A DNA stretch of 63,452 nucleotides, filler included, from Reclinomonas americana ATCC 50394 (GCA_048213135.1; 42 parts of 42 records of this genome joined end to end with filler, not necessarily neighbours in it); one strand, 5' to 3'; shown: positions 1 through 12,206, counted from the whole stretch's first letter. Program-made: numbers and translations. Notes: a model not told the origin generated them from the letters alone.

Positions 1-13
1 ACGTACGTACTAC

Positions 14-171
<158 letters not shown>

Positions 172-194
172 CAGCGACACATCAAAATTCGCAC

Positions 195-1429
195 CTGATA
201 CACCCGCAGCTCCTCGTACGCCTTGTCGAGCAACTCTTGTGTCTGGCGCAATTTCGCATCGGCGACTTGCAGCGCCTCTTGTTGCGCCACGCGGAGATCT
301 TCAGCCGCCTGCAACCGTTGCGCGGCAGCCTCCTTCTCCTCGCGCAACAACGACTGCACCGAGCGCGCTCGCACACTCTGTTTTTCAACAGAAAAACATG
401 GGCGAGTCAGCAAGAAACACGATCAGAGGGGCAGTGGGATTCAACAAACCTCGGCCATCATCTGCGCATGATTGTCGTCGTGCTCACTCAATTGCCGCAG
501 CAACTTTGTGTTCTGATCCTGCATCTTGGCAAACGCGTCGCTAATGACTTCGATCTCCGCCATCAAACCCTCCGACTCCTCCCTTCGCCCCGCCAGCTCC
601 GCTTCCAGTTCGGCCACGCGACCTTCCAAAAATGCGACACGAACTGTCAACTCTCGCCGCGCTTCGTCGTGGCCACTGCCGTCCAGCACCGGAGTTGAGG
701 GAGCCGGTGACATGACCACATCCATCGAGCCGCTGCCACTCGCACCCATCGAAGATTGTGCCGAGGCAGCTGCCGCCGCTGCTGCAGCGGCCAGAGCCGC
801 CGGACCATGCCGACCCGCTGCCACCTCCACCTTTAGCGCCTCCAACTCGGCCGTGATCAGCGCCAGTTCACGTGTGCGCTCCTTCTCCGCCAATCGGATC
901 TCGTGCAGCTCACGCTTGTCACGCGACGACGACTGGTACACCTCGTTCGAGAGCAGCAGATCTTGAACCTTTTCCGACAACTCCCTGCATTGTGACGATG
1001 CCCCGCCGTGTTAGTCACACCAAGATGAAGTAGCGCAACGGGGAGGAGCGACGTAACTTGTTCTTTTTCCTGAAATCAGCAAGCTGCACGTCCGCAGTTC
1101 GGCTCTGCTCCTTGGCGATATCCACCTCCGACTGGGAACGCATGTACATTTCTGGCGCGCAGGGAACAAGTCAGACTCGACACGCAAAATTCCAACCACA
1201 CAATCCCCTTCCGCACCTCGCTTGCTCAGTTCCTCAGCCTTCAGGGCCTCCAGCTGCTGCTGCCATTCGCGCGCCTTGTCCTTGCTCACCCGCAATTCTA
1301 GTCTCAACCGCTCGAGCTCGGCACGCTGCGATTGCACCATGGCGTCCAGCTCCGTCACACGACCCGACATGTCGCGCCCGCCCTACATCGAAGAACACGT
1401 TGGCGAGAAGAGTCTGGCGAAGGCACGGT
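195..1429 (-). CDS. BRE1: BRE1/RNF20-like E3 ubiquitin ligase, coiled-coil region (partial, 4 exons)
   Basis: EGLMAEIEVISDAFAKMQDQNTKLLRQLSEHDDNHAQMMAE matches the BRE1 coiled coil before the RING. Intron donors are GTGCGG, GTTACGT, GTTTGT and GTGCGA. Confidence 0.75.
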
Positions 1430-1529
1430 NNNNNNNNNNNNNNNNNNNNNNNNNNNNNNNNNNNNNNNNNNNNTTAATTAATTAANNNNNNNNNNNNNNN
1501 NNNNNNNNNNNNNNNNNNNNNNNNNNNNN
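1430..1529. other. Artificial contig linker N44-TTAATTAATTAA-N44 (first of ~41, about every 1.5 kb)
   Basis: The same 100-nt spacer, with stops in all six frames, separates blocks whose length falls steadily from ~1429 to ~1400 nt. Confidence 0.98.
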
Positions 1530-1530
1530 A

Positions 1531-2316
1531 ATCAGCCAGCCCGGTGACGAAGACGCCGTCCCGCACGACCATGTTCCATCGCGACTGGCGACGGTGCTGC
1601 CCGTCTTGCGCGGCGTCGTGCTCACCGCCGTATTCGGACTGACCGCATTGGTTCTGCTGTCGCGGCTTGGCGTCGATATCGGGCCTTTGCTCGCCGGTTT
1701 CGGTATCCTCGGCCTCGCCATTTCTTTCGGCTCGCAGGCGCTGGTGCGCGACATCGTCTCCGGCTTCTTCTTCATGCTGGAGGACGCCTTCCGCGTCGGC
1801 GAATATGTCGATACCGGCCGGTTGAAGGGCACGGTCGAGAAGATCTCGCTGCGCTCGATGCAACTGCGCCATCAGAGCGGGCAGGTCCACACCGTCCCCT
1901 TCGGCCAGGTGCAGTCGCTGACCAATGCCAGCCGCGACTGGGCGACGGTGAAGTTCAACGTCCGGCTCGACCACTCCGCCGATATCGAGAAGGCGCGCAA
2001 GACGATCAAGAAGATCGGGGCGGCGCTGCTGGAGGACCCCGAATACGGGCCGCATTTCATCGCCCAGCTCAAGATGCAGGGCGTCGCCGACATCACCGAT
2101 TCGGCCATCGTGATCCGGCTGAAGTTCACCAGCAAGCCGACCCAGGCCTCGATGCTGCAGCGCGAGGCGCTGAAGCGGGTCTATCGCGGCCTGATCGAGG
2201 CGCAGGTGCCGTTCGCCTCCAATGCGGTCACGGTGAAAGAGGGGGGTGCCAAGAGTGCCGCCGCCGCCATTGCGACCGTGCCGCCGCCGACCCCGCTGGT
2301 GCCGGCGGCGGAGTGA
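1531..2316 (+). CDS. MscS-family mechanosensitive channel, C-terminal part (bacterial, 5' partial)
   Basis: GVDIGPLLAGFGILGLAISFGSQALVRDIVSGFFFMLEDAFRVGEYVD..GTVEKISLRS MscS signature; no introns; high GC3. Confidence 0.93.
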   Translation: MSQPGDEDAVPHDHVPSRLATVLPVLRGVVLTAVFGLTALVLLSRLGVDIGPLLAGFGILGLAISFGSQALVRDIVSGFFFMLEDAFRVGEYVDTGRLKGTVEKISLRSMQLRHQSGQVHTVPFGQVQSLTNASRDWATVKFNVRLDHSADIEKARKTIKKIGAALLEDPEYGPHFIAQLKMQGVADITDSAIVIRLKFTSKPTQASMLQREALKRVYRGLIEAQVPFASNAVTVKEGGAKSAAAAIATVPPPTPLVPAAE

Positions 2317-2324
2317 GGTCGAGC

Positions 2325-2615
2325 ATGCGCAGCGTCGCGCGATCGGGATATGCAGCACTCGTCCTGGCAGCGGGCATGATCGCAGGCGCCGCAATCGCGC
2401 AGGCGCAGTCGGCGGATGAGCTGATCGCCAGCTATCGAGTGCTCAACAGCGCCTGTCGCGGCGGGTCCGGCGACGATCCGCGCACGCAGAAGGCTTGCGC
2501 CGAGCGGGATCGCATCGTCGCGGGCTTGCAGCAGACTGGTTATTGCTATGGGCGCCGCGGCCAGGTCGGCGCGCAGATGAGCTGGCATCGCTGCGGGCCG
2601 GATTCGCTGCGATAG
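2325..2615 (+). CDS. Small secreted four-cysteine hypothetical protein (bacterial)
   Basis: GAGG ribosome-binding site upstream; signal peptide ending AQA; CRGGSGD..C..CYG..WHRC pattern. Confidence 0.7.
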   Translation: MRSVARSGYAALVLAAGMIAGAAIAQAQSADELIASYRVLNSACRGGSGDDPRTQKACAERDRIVAGLQQTGYCYGRRGQVGAQMSWHRCGPDSLR

Positions 2616-2631
2616 GGCGCCGGCGCGCGGT

Positions 2632-2958
2632 TTACTGCCCGAACTCCAGCATGAGGAAGAAGCCGAAGCCGAGTAGGGTCAGAAGGGCCCCCATGCCGGC
2701 GGCGAGGCGGGCGGCCGAGAGCTGACCCTTCCACTCATGGCGCCGATCGGAGCGCTCCGCGTCATGCTCGCGGCCGTGCTTGCCGAACTGGCTGGCATAG
2801 AGGTCGGGCGTCATCTGCGGGCCGACCGGCAGATTGCCCTCGAGCTCATAGCGCACCGCGACGAAGAGGGTGAACAGGCCGAGCAGGCCGACGCCGAGCC
2901 AGCTGATCGCCTGCTGTGCGAGGAAGGCCAAGCCGATCAGGCCGGCGCAGGCGAGAGC
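2632..2958 (-). CDS. Hypothetical membrane protein (bacterial, 5' partial)
   Basis: Open frame with hydrophobic segments at both ends, convergent with the previous gene. Confidence 0.6.
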   Translation of the reverse strand, partial: ALACAGLIGLAFLAQQAISWLGVGLLGLFTLFVAVRYELEGNLPVGPQMTPDLYASQFGKHGREHDAERSDRRHEWKGQLSAARLAAGMGALLTLLGFGFFLMLEFGQ

Positions 2959-3098
2959 NNNNNNNNNNNNNNNNNNNNNNNNNNNNNNNNNNNNNNNNNN
3001 NNTTAATTAATTAANNNNNNNNNNNNNNNNNNNNNNNNNNNNNNNNNNNNNNNNNNNNTTTCCATGTACTGATCCTTCCCCCCTCCCCCTCCTCGCAG

Positions 3099-4487
3099 TG
3101 ATGTACTACAGTCACTCCCAGTTGTTCACCTTTGTGTGTGAGAATCCGGCCGTATCCACCGGTCGCTTCACCGTGACCACGGACCTCGAGCAGCTTGCGC
3201 AGGACAATGCTCCTTCATTGTGCGACGAGCAGACCAACAATCCGTTCCAATGGAATGTTCCTGAGTTCCGTGCGTTTATGCGTACTGCTGAACCTCCGTC
3301 GCTGGCCACCACGGTGCGGCCGGTCTCTTTTGGTGTGCGCATGAGCGACAACTCCACGGCCACAGTCGACGTGGCGCTTGCCGAGCGAACCATTGAGATC
3401 CAGTATCCGCCTCCGGGAGCGACGCTGACGCGCGTAGACTCGTACACCATCAAGTGGGCCTGCAACTGGCCTCCAGTGACTCGCGTGTCACTGAAGTTGG
3501 TGTACACGGGCGAGCCGTCGCACGAGTTCCCTCTTCTCAGTGCGTGTGGTGTCCCGACATAGAAGCAACGTTGGTAATGTGGCTGACTCTCTCTCTCTCT
3601 CTCTCTCTGTTGCTTCTGCTTCTGTGCGCGTCGCAGGTGACCAGGCGAGTGTGTGCGACGGTCTGACAGTCAATTCGGTGTCGTTCCCGGTGCTGATCAC
3701 AGACGACACGGTCGCCGGCAACAATACGTATCGTCTCGTTGTCACGGATTACCCTGACGGCAGACTTGCCGGCGGCGGTGTATACAGTGTGGACGGTACT
3801 TTTGCTCATCCCTTGTGTCAGTGAGGTCCACGAGCTGTGCTCATCTTTTTGCGTGCCTTAGTGCCTCGAATTTCGGTGACAACTCCGCTGTACGGGTCGG
3901 TTGCGCTGACCAACTCCACGCTGCCCATTACATTCACGTGCAATCGCCAGAACATGACAGAGGCCGTGATTCTCTTCCTTGGTGTGTCTTTCTTGTGCTA
4001 TATACTGCTATAGCAGCCACAGCGTCCATCTGACATGAGTGCTGGAGCAGAATCGACATGGACCATCGACTCTTTCGGTACCATCTACAGCGTCACGTCT
4101 GTAGATGTCGGCGATGGAGACGCACCGGCTCAGTCGTCTGCCATTCGAGCGTTTGTGCGTGGCGGCTCCACAACTCGGCGCATCAATCTGGAGGACCCGC
4201 GCATTTTGCATCGAATGACCGCACCGACCACATGTGGCCCCACTGGCACCCCCAACGTGGTGTCATGGGTGCCCGACACCAGCTCGTTGCGTTTGCTGTG
4301 CATTCTTCCTTCAGTGATGATAGCTGACTGTGGTGTAGGTTCGGAACGTCGACACGCGACGTGCCGTTGGAGAACGAAGGCAACATTCGGAGTGATACGC
4401 AGCGACGGTGGCGCCCACGTGCCGTCACCGAAGACTCGTGGCTGCGTGCGTGGGTGGTCGATGTCGAAAATCCCACTGCGCAGATCA
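3099..4487 (+). CDS. Large extracellular beta-rich/Ig-like protein (eukaryotic, partial, several introns)
   Basis: Exons joined by GT-AG introns. IEIQYPPPGATLTRVDSYTIKW resembles the start of a Kre9/KNH-type Ig-like domain. Confidence 0.45.
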
Positions 4488-4587
4488 NNNNNNNNNNNNN
4501 NNNNNNNNNNNNNNNNNNNNNNNNNNNNNNNTTAATTAATTAANNNNNNNNNNNNNNNNNNNNNNNNNNNNNNNNNNNNNNNNNNNN

Positions 4588-6015
4588 GCCGACGTCTTCC
4601 GCGAGCGTGGCGAATCGGACCGCGCCATCCAGGAGTTGAACGCGGCGATCGCGCTGGCGCCGGGCGAACTGCGCTACCTCGCCAACCGGGCTGTCTCCTA
4701 TTCCGATAAGGGCGAGCGGACCAAGGCGATCGTCGACTACGGCGCGGCCATTGCTCGCGATCCGAAGAACGCGCTGCTCGTCTTCAACCGCGGCGTCGAC
4801 TACGCTGCGATTGGCGAATTCGACCTCGCCATTGCCGATTTCTCGCAGGCGATCGCGCTGAAGCGCGACTTCACCGAAGCCTTCGACAATCGGGGCGCGG
4901 CTTTCTTTCACAAGAAGGAGTTCGACAAGGCCGCGGAGGATTTTTCGCGCGCGCTCGCGCTCGATCCGAAATTCGCCAACGCCTGGTACAATCGCGGCGT
5001 CCTCCTGACCGAGCAGAACAAGCTCGATCTTGCGCTGAAGGACTTCGACGAGGCGGTCAAGCTGGCGCCGAATGACGGCTCCGTTCGGGTCAAGCGTGGC
5101 AAGGTGCTGTTCCTGCAGGGCGAGCTCGGCCGCGCCATCGGCGAGTTCAACCTGACCTTGCGCCTCGCCACGGGCTCGGTCGAAGCCTATCAGCTGCGGG
5201 CCGCCGCCTATATGAAGCTGGGGCAGCCGCAGCGCGCGATCTCCGACTATACCGCCCTGTTGCGCCTGACCCCGAACGATGCCGGTGCCTTCTACAATCG
5301 CGGAGTGGCCTATTTGCAGAGCGGCGACGGCGAGCGGGCGGTGCTCGACTTCAATGACGCGGCACGGCTGAAGCCGAACGATCCGGCGACGCTGACTGCG
5401 CGGGCCGAGGCTCGCACCAAGCTCGGCGATGACGAGGCCATTCTCGCCGACCTCGCGGCGGCGCTCGCCATTGATCCAAAATTCGTCCGTGCGCTCGCCG
5501 TCCGCGGCAATCTGCTGGCCCAGCTCAAGCGCGAGCCCGAGGCTATGGCCGATCTCGACAAGGCGATCGCGCTGGATGCGGCGCAGGCCGAGGCGCATCG
5601 TGTCCGCGGCGATCTGCTCGCCCGGCAAGGCAAGCTCGCGGCGGCTATCGCCGACTACGATACCGTTCTGCGGCTCTCGCCGAACGATCCGCGCAATCAT
5701 TGGGCACGTGCCCAACTGCACATGCGCGCTCGGGACTACGACAAGGCGATCACAGATTTCAGCCGGACGATGGAGCTCGATCCGGCCAATGTCGGTAGCT
5801 TCCTGATCGACCGTGCCGGCGCCCGCTCCAGGAAGGGCGACAAACAGGGCGCGCTCGCCGATCTGTCGGCGGCGATCGATATCGGTCAGCCAAATGCCGG
5901 GCCGGCCTTCTATCAGCGGGCCTACCTCCAGGCCGATCTCGACCAGTTCGACAAGGCTTTGGCGGATGTCAGTGAAGCGATTGCCAGGGGCAATACGCGC
6001 AGCGAGGCCTACAAC
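4588..6015 (+). CDS. Tetratricopeptide repeat protein (bacterial, partial at both ends)
   Basis: About 13 tandem 34-aa repeats (A..NRG..Y...G.FD.AIADF..A..L.P); no introns; high GC3. Confidence 0.93.
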
Positions 6016-6116
6016 CNNNNNNNNNNNNNNNNNNNNNNNNNNNNNNNNNNNNNNNNNNNNTTAATTAATTAANNNNNNNNNNNNNNNNNNNNNNNNNNNN
6101 NNNNNNNNNNNNNNNN

Positions 6117-7541
6117 AATGTTTATGCTTTGATTGACTGTGACGATGATGATGGGAGGCGAGGCGATGAGAAAGACGAACGTGTTTCTGATGGGTTTTTG
6201 TGTGTGGGATATTGCAGCGACGGATGCGAATCTGTTGGACACGCATGTGTTCACGCTTGTGAGCAACGATGCTGTGAAGTGTCCGATGAACTCTGGAGTG
6301 GACTCTGGCGACTTCAGCATCAGCGGATCGACGCTGTCGGCGAAGGCGAATCTGTCGAGTGTGGCGTCGGCGAGTCGGAAGATCTGTGTGATGGTACAGG
6401 ATACTGGTGGCGGACAGTTCTGGAAGGAGTTTGTGATTGGCGAAGGTGAGTGAGGGAGTGAGGGAGTGAGTTAGTGGTGATGTTCAGTTTGGTTTTTCTG
6501 ACTGTGTGTTCGTGCACCGATGCAGCGAATGTTGCGCCGTCGAACATCTCGTCGACGCCTGCGTCGATGACGTACTCGCTGGGACTTGCATCTGCAAGTG
6601 TGATTGGCACGCTGGCGGTGACAGACACGAACGTGTTTGACTCGTCGACACTGGCACTGTCGGCTGGATGCAGTGGCGGAGGCGGCGCTGACAATGGATC
6701 GTTCAGTTTGAGTGGGACGTCTCTGTCTGTGAATGCGGGGTTGAGTGGATCTCCGACGGTGAGTTGTGATTGGAGGAGGAGGAAGAGGAGGAGGTCGATA
6801 TTTTGCGTGTGTGTGTGTGTGTTTGTGGTGACGTGTATGTGTTTGCGTGTGTATGCAGGGAACACGGTCGGTGTGCGTGTCGGCGACGGACAGCGGCGGC
6901 AATGTGTTTATGAAGTCGTTTGTGATTGTGGAGGGTGAGTGTGTGTCGGATGGTTGTGGGATGTTTTTTTGGGTGTGTGCGACTGAATGTGTGTTGGTGT
7001 TCGTGTGTTGTGGCGGTGCGCAGCTAACAGTCCGCCGACGAACATTTTGCTGGCGGCCATTGGGAGCGGCAAGTACACGCCGATGTCAGCCAGTGTTGGG
7101 ACGCTTGGCACGCTTGCAGGTGAGTGCGTGAATGTTTATGCTTTGATTGACTGTGACGATGATGATGGGAGGCGAGGCGATTAGAAGGACGGACGTGTTT
7201 CTGATGGGTTTGTGTGTGTGTGTGTGTGTGATGTTGCAGCGACGGATGCAAATCTGTTGGACACGCATGTGTTCACGCTTGTGAGCAATGATGCTGTGAA
7301 GTGTCCGATGAACTCTGGAGTGGACTCTGGCGACTTCAGCATCAGCGGATCAACGCTGTCGGCGAAGGCGAATCTGTCGAGTGTGGCGTCGGCGAGTCGG
7401 AAGATCTGTGTGATGGCACAGGATACTGGTGGCGGACAGTTCTGGAAGGAGTTTGTGATTGGCGAAGGTGAGTGAGGGAGTGGGGGAGTGAGTTAGTGGT
7501 CTGGTGATGTTGGGTTTGGTTTTTCTGACTGTGTGTTCGTG
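6117..7541 (+). repeat. ~1.02-kb tandem duplication (6117-~6520 recurs at 7131-7541, introns included)
   Basis: Near-identical exon (ATDANLLDTHVF...KEFVIGE) and flanking introns occur twice. Confidence 0.92.
6217..7467 (+). CDS. Protein with bacterial-type cadherin-like repeats (eukaryotic, partial, A-B-A repeats)
   Basis: Spliced product reads N.APSNI..GTLAVTD..DNGSFSLSG..VCVSATDSGG..FMKSFVI; all donors are G|GTGAGT. Confidence 0.65.
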
Positions 7542-7641
7542 NNNNNNNNNNNNNNNNNNNNNNNNNNNNNNNNNNNNNNNNNNNNTTAATTAATTAANNN
7601 NNNNNNNNNNNNNNNNNNNNNNNNNNNNNNNNNNNNNNNNN

Positions 7642-7847
7642 TTCGTGAACAGGCAGGCGCCCTGGCCATCATGCCAAATCACCTTCAAAAGATCGCCCCG
7701 ACGCCCCCGGAAGCAGAAGAGATGCCCGCTCAGCGGATCCCGGCGAAGCACCTCCTGCACCTGCAGCGACAGGCCCGGGAAGCCCCGGCGCATATCCGTG
7801 TAGCCCGTCGCCAGCCAAACCCGCACACCCGTCGGAACCGGGATCAC
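7642..7847 (-). CDS. tnpB: IS66 accessory protein TnpB (3' truncated)
   Basis: MIPVPTGVRVWLATGYTDMRRGFPGL..DPLSGHLFCFRGRRGDLLKVIWHDGQG. Confidence 0.95.
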
Positions 7848-8242
7848 GCAAGCCGCTCCAGGGCTTGCACGATCCGCAGCAGTGCCTCGACGTCGACATC
7901 GCGGTCCACGATCACCCGCCGCTCGTTCGCCGTCACGATCTCAATCCGACCCCGGCCCTCTACCATCAGCCGGCCGCTCGTCGCCGTGACCTCCGGCACG
8001 ATGACCGCCGGAACAAATCCTGAGCTCGAAGTCGGGCCGAACCGCCCGGCGCGCGCAGCATCACGCCAGTCGTTCAGCTGCGCGCGTGTGATCCCGTACT
8101 TGCGAGCCGTCGCCGAGCCCAGGCGCCGACCCGAATAACTCTCCTCGACGATCCGCAGCTTCACTTCATCGCTGAAGCGCCGCCGACCGCCTCTCTCAAC
8201 GATCTCAAGCCGACTGATCGGGGTGTCTGTATAGACGTCCAT
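7844..8242 (-). CDS. tnpA: IS66 accessory protein TnpA (HTH)
   Basis: GGRRRFSDEVKLRIVEES..ATARKYGI...QL..WR..GFVPAVI..IEI..RRVIVDRDVDVEAL. Confidence 0.88.
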   Translation of the reverse strand: MDVYTDTPISRLEIVERGGRRRFSDEVKLRIVEESYSGRRLGSATARKYGITRAQLNDWRDAARAGRFGPTSSSGFVPAVIVPEVTATSGRLMVEGRGRIEIVTANERRVIVDRDVDVEALLRIVQALERLA

Positions 8243-8248
8243 ACAGAC
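8225..8248. promoter_or_regulatory. 24-bp near-perfect palindrome over the IS66 tnpA start codon
   Basis: GTCTGTAT-AGACGTCC-ATACAGAC has a single mismatched pair; the start codon (CAT on +) is at 8240-8242. Confidence 0.55.
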
Positions 8249-8342
8249 GTTTTCTCACCGCAAATCCTCATGGCTCAAGACGGCCGCCCTCGGACGGATA
8301 CGTCCTCCCTGAGGTGCGCAATGCATCTCAAGGAGAGACGAT

Positions 8343-9060
8343 ATGGTTATCACGAAGAGGAAGTCGCCGAAGCTGGGCCCTATGGACGCCGGCTTCCTGA
8401 CCCCCTTTGATCGCCGGCTTTGGGGTCAGCCTCGCGGCTTTGGGCCACAGCCGCCTGACGATCAGCGGCTACACGGATTCTGCGCGGCACTTCGCGGCAT
8501 GGATCCTGGACGTAGGCGTGCCGCTGGACGAGGTCGGCACGGATGCAGTCGATCGCTTCGCCCGCCATCATTGCCAATGCGCTGGGACCCGGCGGTGGAA
8601 GAGCGTCTCGCCGAAGTATGCGAGGCGAGCGGGCAAGTTCGTGGCGTATCTCGTCGATCGCGGGATCATCCCACCATCGCCCTGCGCCGCGGCGGAGATC
8701 GTCCATCCGCAGATCTCGAATATCAGCGATGGCTCTCGGTCCATCGCGGCCTGTCCGGCCGGTCGGTCTGGCGACAGGGCCGTATGATCAAGCGGTTGCT
8801 GCCCGCATTGGGTGAGGATCCGCAGGCCTATAGCGCCACCACGATCCGCTCCGCGGTGCGCGCCGAAGCGCAGCGGTGCTCCTCCAGCCACATTAGGACA
8901 ATGACGAGCGCGCTGCGAGGATACCTGCGCTTCCTCGCCGCGTCCGGCCTGTGCCGCCCGGGGCTGGACCAGGCCGTGCCGCCAGTCCTGCCAATGGCGG
9001 CTCTCGGCCCTGCCGCGCTATCTGCCGACCGCGGACGTCGACCGGATGATCGCCTCGTGC
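8343..9060 (+). pseudogene. RIT-type (RitA-like) tyrosine recombinase, N-terminal half, with ~3 frameshifts
   Basis: Joining frames gives ..GHSRLTISGY..SARHFAAW..EYQRWLSVHRGLS..SALRGYLRFL..WRLSALPRYLPTADVDRMIASC. Frame changes fall near 8405, 8715 and 8990. Confidence 0.72.
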
Positions 9061-9227
9061 NNNNNNNNNNNNNNNNNNNNNNNNNNNNNNNNNNNNNNNN
9101 NNNNTTAATTAATTAANNNNNNNNNNNNNNNNNNNNNNNNNNNNNNNNNNNNNNNNNNNNGCAGCAGTACGTACACTCCTATCTCTCTCTCTCTCTCTCT
9201 CTCTCTCCCCTCCCCCCCTACTACCCA

Positions 9228-10583
9228 TCACACCGCATGACCCAAGCCTGGCGCCGGTGGTGCTGACGGCGCCGCAGCCGCCGCCGCCCCCGCTCCCACT
9301 TCTGCTACCGGCTCGATCAGCTCATAGAACAAGGCCTCTACTCGCCGTTCGTAGCTTGGTCGCTGTTCACGCAGCCGGGCCTTCATGTCGTTCTCGTCCA
9401 TTCGCTTGACCACCGAGTCACTGAACTCGTACCATCCCTTGCTCGTCTGCACAGCCACATAAGAATTTGCACACGCACACACACAACACCACCCCCTTCG
9501 TCGGCCCACGCAACATCGACCAAGCAAAAGTAGTGCCCAGAAGTCGCCGAGCCAACGTGATACAAAATGGCGCGTAGCCGGTAGCGCCGTGGCTCACCAC
9601 CCGGTCCAAGCATCTCCATTTCCCGATCGATGCGCGGCATCATGGTCAGCTCCAGCGATCGGTGCATGCGCAGGAACACTGCGCGGCCCATGTGGTACTG
9701 GATGAATTCAGTGCCCCTCCCCTGCGAAAACAAAGAATTGTGAGTCAGAACAATAAGAAAAAATTGACCGTCAGCACGAGTGGACACACCGGCGAGCGGC
9801 ACTTGGGGCACGTCATCGGCACGTCGTGATTCGTACGATCCTCCAGAGCTCTGACGGCCTGCTGCAGCGACGACTCCGATTGCACCTCCAGCAGCACCTC
9901 GTAGGTAATGTCGCTGACGAGGATTTCCTCGCCGCACGAACACTGCACGAGAGTATTGGTTTCAGCACATCACTCACTCACTCCATACTCTCCGTGCACA
10001 CAAGCTCTCACCCCGGGGTAGCTGCGGATATTGATTGTGGCCTGGAAGAGTCTGTCGAACACGTCGCCGAGTGTCGGCAACATGACTTGTGTCAAAAAGT
10101 ACTGCGCGCACACAGTGAACAAGTCACGAGGACAGCAGGCACACCCCGTCTCACTCAACTCCCATGTCCTCCTGCTGCCGCTGGTGCTCGCCGTCGCCCG
10201 GCAACCATGACATCATGGCCTGCACAGCAACCCGGGTGTGAGAATGTTAACAAAACACGCCGTTCTTTCTCCACACACTCAACTCTCCACCACGTCTCAA
10301 TCTCGGGCAACAGCGCGGTTCCACTGAGCAGCATCGTCGGCAACGTTGCCAGTAGCCGGAAAACATTTGGACGCTCGCTGAGTGGAGGGCGAGGAGCGGC
10401 GCCTGCCAGCGACGCTGCGAGAGCGGCTTGCACGGCGGGGTCATCGTCTGGGTGATCCACGTTTCCATACGGCACTGGAGCGGCCGCCAGTGCTGGTGAG
10501 CGCACTGGGCTGGAGGAGCCTGCTGCTTCACCGGGCGCGGCGGCCAGGAAGGGGCTCGTCTGATCACCGGGCTTGGGGCTTGG
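9228..10583 (-). CDS. Ubiquitin-specific protease (USP/C19), C-terminal part, haplotype copy 1
   Basis: His box YRLRAILYHVGSATSGHYFCLV|TSKGWYEFSDSVV, a QQEDMG motif and a UIM-like DDDPAVQAALAASL; 5 introns. Confidence 0.8.
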
Positions 10584-10683
10584 NNNNNNNNNNNNNNNNN
10601 NNNNNNNNNNNNNNNNNNNNNNNNNNNTTAATTAATTAANNNNNNNNNNNNNNNNNNNNNNNNNNNNNNNNNNNNNNNNNNNN

Positions 10684-11349
<666 letters not shown>

Positions 11350-12206
11350 CTATGATTCTATCCATTCACTCGCTCTGTTTCTCTTTCTGTCTGCATGTGC
11401 GTGTGTCGTTTCGTCTTTCTCTCTCAAAGTCTCGCTCACTCATTGTCTGTCTGACTGTATGTCTGCCTTTCTGTGTGATTGTTGTGATTGTGCGTGCTGT
11501 GTGCGTGTGTGTGTGCGCGTTCGTCTGCAAGCGTGATTATCTCTCTCTCCTTCTCTCACTCGTGCTCCTTTTCTGCCTGTCTGCCTGTCTCACTCACTCT
11601 CAGCCCTCTGTCTATCTGCCTGGCTGCTTGTCTGTCTCTGTCTATCTTTGTGTGTGTTGCTGTGTGCGCGTGTTGTCTGCCTGTGTGATTGTCTCTCTCT
11701 CCAGTCGCTCTCACTCTGTGTCTCTGTCTATCTGTCACTCTGACTCCCAGTCTTCAGTCTTGCCCCTGTCTGTCTATCTGTGTTTGTGTGTGCTTCTGTG
11801 TGCGTGTGTGTGACGCGTCTGTCTGCCTGCATGGTTGTCTCTCGCTTTTTGTCACTCTCCCTCTCCCTGTGTCTCTATCTCCCAATGTCTGTCTGTCTGT
11901 CTGCCTCTCTCTCTGGTATGTGTGCGCGCGTGGGTGGGTATGTGCGTATGTGCGTCTGTCTGCCCACGTATTCGCCTCTCTCTCTATGCATCTCTCTTCC
12001 GTCTGACTATCTACCTGTCTGCCTCTCTTTCTCTCTCTCCCTCTCTCTCCTTCCCTCTATGCCCCTCTCTCCCTCTCCCTCTTGTCCATCTCCCTCACCG
12101 CAATCTNNNNNNNNNNNNNNNNNNNNNNNNNNNNNNNNNNNNNNNNNNNNTTAATTAATTAANNNNNNNNNNNNNNNNNNNNNNNNNNNNNNNNNNNNNN
12201 NNNNNN

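Larger units (their letters stand above)
7642..8301 (-). mobile_element. IS66-family insertion sequence, left end
   Basis: Minus strand from 8301 begins GTATCCGTCC, an IS66-like GTA-start terminus, followed by tnpA and tnpB overlapping by 4 nt. Confidence 0.85.

Noticed and set aside
1474..1485. Regularly spaced TTAATTAATTAA palindrome resembling a repeat array or CRISPR
   Set aside because: Always embedded in N44 runs; it is a synthetic six-frame-stop linker.
4540..5721. Long antisense ORFs (also 1474-2394, 30799-31773, 42956-43825, 59166-60203)
   Set aside because: Shadows of GC-rich coding sequence on the opposite strand.
1530..9060. Bacterial genes interleaved with eukaryotic genes, suggesting HGT or an operon/defence island
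   Set aside because: They are separate contigs joined by linkers, most simply co-sequenced bacteria. No defence genes were recognised.
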